Of a stretch of 64,000 bases of DNA, positions 58,501 to 64,000 are shown piece by piece. The position numbers and the translations under genes are program-made. The first letter of the stretch is position 1; the number at the start of each line of letters is the position of its first letter. This DNA is from a virus. Its lineage: Duplodnaviria; Caudoviricetes. The notes under the pieces were generated by a model. The model did not search any database. It saw only the letters and a list, made by a program, of their open reading frames with translations, and had not been told where the DNA came from. Location: IMG/VR virus record IMGVR_UViG_3300043105_000102, positions 32,001-96,000 of that record, one strand, 5' to 3'.

Positions 58501-61500
58501 TCCACCCTGAAGAGCATCTTCAGCTATATTATGTCTATAAAGCCATACAATACTAAGACCGCATGCCGCGCCAGATGCGTTCGTTCTTGCGGCGATTTTT
58601 GCAAGACCTTCTCCTCCACCATGATACAGATGTCTAATTCTAATTAAGGAACATCTATCTATCCAAGTACCAGTCCCAACAGTTATTGTAGCAATTCTAT
58701 GCCAAGGATAATTAGATGTATTAACACTAGAAATGATAGCCTGATAATTCAATGCTGTAATAGTAATATTAGCACTCCCGTCAAACGAAGCCGAACCCTG
58801 CAAATTGCCATCTAATGCTATATTTCTAGCTGTAGCCAATTTGGTCGCAGTGGCTGAATTACCTGAAATATCACATATACCGGTGGAATTTTTGATTTTA
58901 AAAGGCCTAAGAGTATTCCAAGAACCCTCTTGATTGCCAGAATTGGTCAATAAGAAATATGTGCTATCTCCATCATTTCTAAGAATTACTCCATAGTTCC
59001 CATATACCATCCTAAAGCTATTTTGACTAGTTGAATAAATTTCGCTTTCGAAAGTTTTTATTCCCGCAAAGGTTTGTCCTCCAGTAGTAACTAATCCTGC
59101 TACACTGGTTGAGGCTGCTGGAACAGTAATTAAAGTTCCATCACTTTCACTACCTTTTATCCCTCTAAAAGTAAAAGTAGTACCATTAGAAGTAACTTGT
59201 TTTAAATCTTTTAAATAAGTTGTATTTATATTATTACCAGCAGAATCAGAAGTCGCCTTAGATGCAGTACCTGAAATATTTTCAACAACTAAAGTTTTTG
59301 TAGAAGGATTGTAGGTGAAGTTAGAATTATAAACAGGCTTACCATTAACGCCACTATAGGCAAACCAAACAGGACGAGCAGCATTATCTGTGCCAGTACC
59401 AATTCCAGCATAATTAAATCCATTACTTGCATTAATAGTTAAACTACCGCTACTATCAATAGTCTTAGCCCCAGTAAGAGTCTGCGCCCCAGTAGTAATC
59501 AAACCTGCTACACTAGCGCTTGCATTTGGAATCGTTACAGAAGAGCCGTCCTTGCTATTAGCGTAAACACCTTTAATAGAAAATTCTGTTCCAGTACTAG
59601 TAGCTTTAGCTATTGAGCCTAAATATTTTCCATCCGAAGTACTTTTGGAATAAACATAATTAGTATAGTTACCATTATCTAATGGAATGTAATAAACATT
59701 ACTCCAAGTACCATCATCAGCCAGCGTGGGAACAGCAATTCTAAAATTCCTATATCCGACTTTATTTGTAGCGTCCCAGCCAGTAGAAATATAAGTATTA
59801 CCCGTGTGAGCGGTAGAAGTACCACTAGCCGCACCCAACCAAAAATTAGTTTCATTATTTTTAGCTAAAGCGTAAGTACGACCGGCAGCATCTTTTCCGT
59901 AAAGGCCAATATTTACCTTAGAAAAAGTAATATTCCCAGTCATCGTACCACCAGCTAAAGGAAGAAAAGCTGGGCTAATAGTAGTATCGGTACCAGTGGC
60001 CGCGCCATTAGAATCATATCTCTTAAGTACGATAGAAGTATTATTAGAACCGAGAGCTATTGTAGTATTAGGCCCTAATAAAGTCGGCTTTCCAGTTACA
60101 TTTCCCCAAGCTACTGCGGAAGCTGTTCCTGCTGTAAATACTTCATATCCATCTTCACTTGTAAGTTTTGTTTCATCTTTAACAAAATACATTTTACCGG
60201 TAGAAGTAACTTTAACAACATCGCCATTTTGAACTGTACTTGTTGTCAACGCTAAACGAGCTGTATCATCAGCAACTACAGTAAGTCTTTCTAAAGCTGC
60301 TTGTGGAATATATTTTAAATCAATTAACTTACTACTATTTAAAGGAACAAAATTACCAATAGTAGTTGTTGAGCCTACTCCGTTAGTGGTTGATAACGTA
60401 TATTCATCTGAAACATTAACTGACTTTATATATGTTGAAGCAATATTTTGTCCGGCAGAGTCAGAAGTCGCTTTGGCGGCCAGTCCATTTAAATCTCCAT
60501 TAAAGGTTGTAGCATACATATTTGCCCATTTGAATTTAGCGCCACCAACTGAACCAGTATTATCGGCACTTGGATAAAATTCTCTATAATAAGGTTTAAG
60601 CCAAATTGAGCCGCCTTTGGAATGTGAGAAAACAATAGACTCTTCACCATCATCACTAACAAGAAGAATTAACGAACCATTATTGTTGGCAGTTTGACGA
60701 TAAAAAATTGAAGCACCATCTGTTCCACCCGTCCATTTAATGCCTTTGCTATCTGTTGGATTAGAACTAAAAGTAGTATCAGCAAAGGCAATGTTTCCAG
60801 TCATGGTACCTCCGGCCAAAGGTAAATCTTCTGAAGCATGGCCGGTTATGCTTGCTTTAATAGTCGAAGGTAAATAAAGATTTACTTCTCCGTTACCATT
60901 AACATCTACTCCGGGGCCTGAGTTATCCCCAGAAGTATCTTTTATACGAAAAGTTCTTGCGGTTTCCCAAGTACTTGCTGTTGTAGCGTTTCCAGACAAC
61001 GAACCAGAAAATTTGGTAGTTGTAAGAGTACCAGTACTAGGGTTAAAAGTTAAATTACTGTTTTTCCTAGCTCCTTCGGTTCTGGTCGTATTATCAGCAG
61101 TATTTGAAAATAATACTTCATAATTAGCGTTAGTAGAAGTAACTGTTTGAGTTACGTTCTTGTCTTGTGTTGTTAGAGTTGAAGTAGAACCATCACCTTT
61201 AGTAACAGTTACTGTTTGTCCACTAGCCGTAACTCCACTAACATATTTACTACGAATTGTTGTAGAATCACCAGTTGCATAATCAGTATTTCTAGCGTAA
61301 TTTACTATTTCTCCAAAGGTACCATTTTTTGTTGCGTAAATGGGATGATTCTGTATTAAGCACATGTTAGTAGTAGAATAAGTCATTCCCAGTAGCATAT
61401 AAGAATAATTCGTATCGCTAGTTGTCTGAGTTAGGGGAGTAGTACTAATAGGAGTAAACGTATTACCTGAGAGAGTTCCTTTAATATATATCGGCTTATA

Positions 61501-62307
61501 AGCTACTGGCGTAGTATCAAAAGAACTGACGGCTTGCATATTCGTAAAATTAAACGAATACATCAAGTAGTTATTATATCCAATTCCAGAAGCGGCAATA
61601 TTACTACCAGCCCAGTAAATAGGATAAGTAATGTCAAAAGCCTTGCCTGAATTTAAATTATTGTAACCAGAATCAGTTCCCACAATAATATTATTAGATG
61701 TGATTGCCGTATTAGCTTTTATGCCAAGAGAATATCTAATATAAGTATTGTCTATATAAAACTGAGAAGTAATCCACCAACCCGTATAGCTTGTTCCATT
61801 AATGATAACGCTTGAACGGTATACCATTCTTACGATATTCCCAGAACTATAATGTGTCGTTAACCTGCTGGCGCCATTAAAATAGACATTCTTCGCACCA
61901 GTAGCAGAACCATCAGACAAGTTTAAATTAAGAGTAGTTCCGCCACTTGCTCCACCTGTATTCATCCAATAGTCAATAATTAAACCATCATAAAGCTCTG
62001 TAATCCCTGTACCAAATAAACTGCCAGTCCAAGTTCCGGCTGTAGTTCCTGTGCCAATTACGAAAGTATTAGATTTTAATGTTAAAGTAGGATTTGAAGA
62101 TTCATCTAAATTGACTGAACCTTTTTCAACGCCATTAACTGTTACGCCTCTGGCGGCCGTGGTCATTTTTACTCTAGTATCACTGTCTTTATCAAAATAA
62201 ATAGAACCTTCGTTGTTATCATTGGTCGCAAAATAAACTTTACCAGATTCTTTTGTCGTTGGCAAATTTTTTTCAAGACCAGTTGAAAATTTTACTTTAT
62301 CGGCCAA
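55579..62307 (-). CDS. Long mosaic tail fibre / receptor-binding protein (2242 aa)
   Basis: Ser/Thr/Gly-rich; duplicated LPLAGGTMTGNI, GNA.TA linkers and other tail-fibre modules. Confidence 0.85.
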   Translation of the reverse strand: MADKVKFSTGLEKNLPTTKESGKVYFATNDNNEGSIYFDKDSDTRVKMTTAARGVTVNGVEKGSVNLDESSNPTLTLKSNTFVIGTGTTAGTWTGSLFGTGITELYDGLIIDYWMNTGGASGGTTLNLNLSDGSATGAKNVYFNGASRLTTHYSSGNIVRMVYRSSVIINGTSYTGWWITSQFYIDNTYIRYSLGIKANTAITSNNIIVGTDSGYNNLNSGKAFDITYPIYWAGSNIAASGIGYNNYLMYSFNFTNMQAVSSFDTTPVAYKPIYIKGTLSGNTFTPISTTPLTQTTSDTNYSYMLLGMTYSTTNMCLIQNHPIYATKNGTFGEIVNYARNTDYATGDSTTIRSKYVSGVTASGQTVTVTKGDGSTSTLTTQDKNVTQTVTSTNANYEVLFSNTADNTTRTEGARKNSNLTFNPSTGTLTTTKFSGSLSGNATTASTWETARTFRIKDTSGDNSGPGVDVNGNGEVNLYLPSTIKASITGHASEDLPLAGGTMTGNIAFADTTFSSNPTDSKGIKWTGGTDGASIFYRQTANNNGSLILLVSDDGEESIVFSHSKGGSIWLKPYYREFYPSADNTGSVGGAKFKWANMYATTFNGDLNGLAAKATSDSAGQNIASTYIKSVNVSDEYTLSTTNGVGSTTTIGNFVPLNSSKLIDLKYIPQAALERLTVVADDTARLALTTSTVQNGDVVKVTSTGKMYFVKDETKLTSEDGYEVFTAGTASAVAWGNVTGKPTLLGPNTTIALGSNNTSIVLKRYDSNGAATGTDTTISPAFLPLAGGTMTGNITFSKVNIGLYGKDAAGRTYALAKNNETNFWLGAASGTSTAHTGNTYISTGWDATNKVGYRNFRIAVPTLADDGTWSNVYYIPLDNGNYTNYVYSKSTSDGKYLGSIAKATSTGTEFSIKGVYANSKDGSSVTIPNASASVAGLITTGAQTLTGAKTIDSSGSLTINASNGFNYAGIGTGTDNAARPVWFAYSGVNGKPVYNSNFTYNPSTKTLVVENISGTASKATSDSAGNNINTTYLKDLKQVTSNGTTFTFRGIKGSESDGTLITVPAASTSVAGLVTTGGQTFAGIKTFESEIYSTSQNSFRMVYGNYGVILRNDGDSTYFLLTNSGNQEGSWNTLRPFKIKNSTGICDISGNSATATKLATARNIALDGNLQGSASFDGSANITITALNYQAIISSVNTSNYPWHRIATITVGTGTWIDRCSLIRIRHLYHGGGEGLAKIAARTNASGAACGLSIVWLYRHNIAEDALQGGLYGTTGDNVVADIYYKCSTYARAIVENVSNGRVWTLVTSSEVSNTTSSDKLTSYEVYTSVADGGSTIRGVTYTITTTASDNIPLGISSASSGTTNTLAYYSASNTISSYTSSKGSGTKLWYLNAGVPTESSSTVGSTTTPVYLNSGTITTCTGRTVPGIKSATNVTTLGWGTNNSYVPDISQIAYWNGAYSGTSSNLCYLGVIRNTALNLTPLSGEGGEIHLNASTANTAQAGIILDQYNSTFRICGTGSADGTTITGVGTPLVIDPYNKSITGGYTITGTLSGNASTATLWQNVGANCSTAKSTWNNSRGGTIVYGQSWKSTAYTYTPSGGSATTITDSGDVSFYVKAGSTTSNVLTANMAIDGEIFAGTQVVSPIVNATSYFSSPYLIATSAMSLSAGKVSGLATATSRLHSNGLVISNPATANDQGWIRVTGTSESDTVLEIATGDDGGAGEQIVARQYNTSNAVAHQITLLDTSGYTTLNHLNVGYTNTSYDISTGSLISNSWIRTKGSTGWYSEDYGGGWYMSDTSWIRTYGNKSIYQNTGTLRTDGTLQVGSSGTYFQANSSGVTSSTNFTLNRTSTQGGYYLQNSGTTYARAWVSTIGTAGDGTNAGTTGYVYLQLGNDTSVTSTSGSGANNATGRIRLYGSGSYYQDIIPQPNGSNRSVYLPNYAGTMYLIHGSSNSAIGSSTKPVYIAANGRATACTYSLSSTVNSGTTSHLAYYSASGAISSASNMSIDNDENRLTVTSASGDYSEFTATRTGGSTVWMGVGSGNTNHGLYSDTLNKWMVYADTSNVYLKGNADTATTLSSTLAVNLGGTGKTSWTANRLIYSSAATTLANATMYCDGTHLGVNSTTTTIDLTSAGAGTPTHTLYVGGSGYFSSFINISGNIAFVGSNRRINTTYDGSTYNVLRMDHGSGNVSLNAASGNLYLGWTTTNAIILGNTSTDGNSANFWGTALPSTTTKGAIFFKI

Positions 62308-62369
62308 TTTATATCCCCCTTTCTCTAATATTAGAAAAGGGGAGCTTATCTGAAGCTCCCCTTAAAAAT

Positions 62370-62600
62370 TTAATCTTTGTTAATAGAAGCTATAACTTTC
62401 TCCTTGAAGGCTTCGTAATCAGCATCAATTGTAGATTTATTATCTAAATACTTTTCAAAATCTTCAATATTATCATTTAAAGAAAGTCTATTTTCCTGTG
62501 AATAATTTGCGTAGAAATTAGCAACAACCTCATCATTTTCAGTCTTGCTAGTTGCATTAAAGTTAATATTCATATCATTAATAACTAACATAAGGTTCAT
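62370..62600 (-). CDS. Small hypothetical protein with its own sigma-A promoter and terminator
   Basis: AAGGAGG RBS; TTGACT-18-TAAAAT at 62644-62615; hairpin at 62336-62362. Confidence 0.6.
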   Translation of the reverse strand: MNLMLVINDMNINFNATSKTENDEVVANFYANYSQENRLSLNDNIEDFEKYLDNKSTIDADYEAFKEKVIASINKD

Positions 62601-62744
62601 TCCTCCTTATTTTTATTTTACCATATTTTTCTATGGTAAGTCAAATTTTTGTTCAAGTAATATAGTTTTTCTTCCAGCTATTTTTATACTTTTTGACCAA
62701 GAGAAAAAGAAAAAGGGAGAGTATTGCTACTCTCCCTTCCTTGA

Positions 62745-63365
62745 TTATAAATCAATCCAGTATAAATCTTTTTCACTCGCAACTTTTGCGTAATAAGCCA
62801 CTTGCTCAACATAGTCAGCTAAAGTATCTGAATTACTGTCATAATCAGTTCCTTCATCCATTCCATGTAAAACCTTACTTGTGGCGGGTAAGGTATTTAA
62901 ATTATACGTTAAGAATTTAGCCGTACTATCCAAAGTATAAAATCTAATTGTAAAAGTAACATCTCCAGCGGCTTTAGTGGCGGAACCCTCAATGACCCAA
63001 GGAAAAAGTATCATTGGTTCATCTATACCGGCTTCGGGATTTAAAGTAGAATAAGTATCTACATCATAGAAAGGTACTGCATAAACTCTACCTTCTCCGG
63101 CAGCATTGATATATTGAATCACACAAGTAGTATTTGTCAAATCAATATTATCATAATATCTAGGAACTTTAAAATAGATAATTTCTGACCGATGGTCAGT
63201 TTCCACACTAAGAAATTCAGGAGCGTTAATTTTTCTAGTCGCTAAATCTATATCGTAAATGGTTTCTGTACTTGGCAATAAAACAGCTAAACTGGGAGCG
63301 TTTTCATCTTGAATTTTATAAAGTAATTTATAATATTCTTCAGCAGTGGTAATCATAGATAACAA
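62745..63365 (-). CDS. BppU-like baseplate upper protein domain
   Basis: D..SE.I.F..PRYYD.IDL, I.Y.NA, W.I...AT..AG.V.F.IRF. Confidence 0.65.
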   Translation of the reverse strand: MLSMITTAEEYYKLLYKIQDENAPSLAVLLPSTETIYDIDLATRKINAPEFLSVETDHRSEIIYFKVPRYYDNIDLTNTTCVIQYINAAGEGRVYAVPFYDVDTYSTLNPEAGIDEPMILFPWVIEGSATKAAGDVTFTIRFYTLDSTAKFLTYNLNTLPATSKVLHGMDEGTDYDSNSDTLADYVEQVAYYAKVASEKDLYWIDL

Positions 63366-63386
63366 AACCCTCCTTTATTGCTAAAA

Positions 63387-64000
63387 TTAAGCTTCAACAA
63401 TATTGAAGAATCTGGAGCATCTATCGGCAGTAGTTCCATTGTAAGTATTAGTAACCTGACAATAGAAATATCCAGTAGTGGTTGGAGTATAAGTGGGGGC
63501 AGTTGCGCCAGAAAGAATCGTATCGCCATTAAATTTATACTCACCAGCATCGGCCAGAGCTAAGTCCTTCTCTAAAGTACTATTTCCGGCATAATATCTG
63601 TACCACTGATAAGTGATTGTATCTTCATCAGTTCTCTGAATAGGCTCACCGCTATCAGCAGGGAAAGAAGCTGTAACAGAAAGGCCTGTCTTAGCAACCT
63701 CATTCAGAGTATAATCGTCAGTGTAGCCCTCTGAAATAGTAACGTCAAGTCTAGTGGCGGGATGAGTCACACGGCAAATATTACTCTCAGTGTCTATAGT
63801 CTCTTTATTAACATTATTAGTAGCAATGACCTTGTAATAACCATCTCCAACGGCGCCCTCGGCACTCTCTTCCTCAGAACCCACAATAGTATAAGTATCT
63901 AAGGTAGCATCCTCAATAGCTTCAAATTCTGTAGCTCCGGGAGCTTTACGATACCACTGATAAGTAATCTTTCCGGCATCGGTAACAGAAGCTTTAATCT
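63387..64000 (-). CDS. Ig-like repeat structural protein (5' end outside window)
   Basis: Repeated ITYQWYR...GAT...Y...G.Y.C.VTN motifs. Confidence 0.7.
   Translation of the reverse strand, partial: IKASVTDAGKITYQWYRKAPGATEFEAIEDATLDTYTIVGSEEESAEGAVGDGYYKVIATNNVNKETIDTESNICRVTHPATRLDVTISEGYTDDYTLNEVAKTGLSVTASFPADSGEPIQRTDEDTITYQWYRYYAGNSTLEKDLALADAGEYKFNGDTILSGATAPTYTPTTTGYFYCQVTNTYNGTTADRCSRFFNIVEA

Noticed and set aside
190-63563. Many short antisense or alternate-frame ORFs in the track (e.g. 498-776, 4812-5132, 6746-7228, 20173-20577, 57459-57707)
   Set aside because: They overlap well-supported genes and lack RBSs or motifs. Those in 4710-9393 are shadows of the 15-nt repeat periodicity.
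1-64000. tRNA, rRNA, integrase or transposase genes
   Set aside because: None recognised by eye. GTTCGAA-like strings seen near 14751 and 46183 lie inside intron cores. A tRNAscan-SE run would be needed to exclude tRNAs formally.

Overview
This is a 64-kb segment of a large, AT-rich tailed phage, probably infecting an anaerobic Firmicute (Clostridia-like host inferred from sigma-A promoters, GGAGG RBSs, amidase-SH3 endolysin and class III RNR). The + strand arm (1-50720) carries early and replication genes: RNA ligase, PNK, phosphoesterases, five tandem N-x-G-x-x pentapeptide paralogs, PIN-PhoH, endolysin, type II topoisomerase, NAD ligase, ThyX-like protein, Sak4-like ATPase, DnaB-like helicase, primase, RecJ, Dda/RecD-like helicase, Pol III alpha, gmk, nrdDG, dUTPase and RuvC. 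A convergent - strand arm carries baseplate and tail-fibre genes, a holin and a five-gene cassette of unknown function. The fragmented ORF track is explained by 14 group I introns in 7 genes (about 7.0 kb, about 11% of the window). All were delimited by hand from U-G P1 pairing, terminal G and restoration of conserved motifs. Four carry homing endonucleases of different types, and dnaB also holds a class 3 intein. Introns do not explain two stop-containing micro-insertions (8 nt and 5 nt) inside the helicase Walker A and the Pol III PHP motif; these resemble translational-bypass elements. Other candidates are a promoter-to-terminator hairpin ncRNA or origin, tandem NrdR boxes, a phage late-promoter motif and strong GCGGCC enrichment. 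All calls are by eye; no searches were run.
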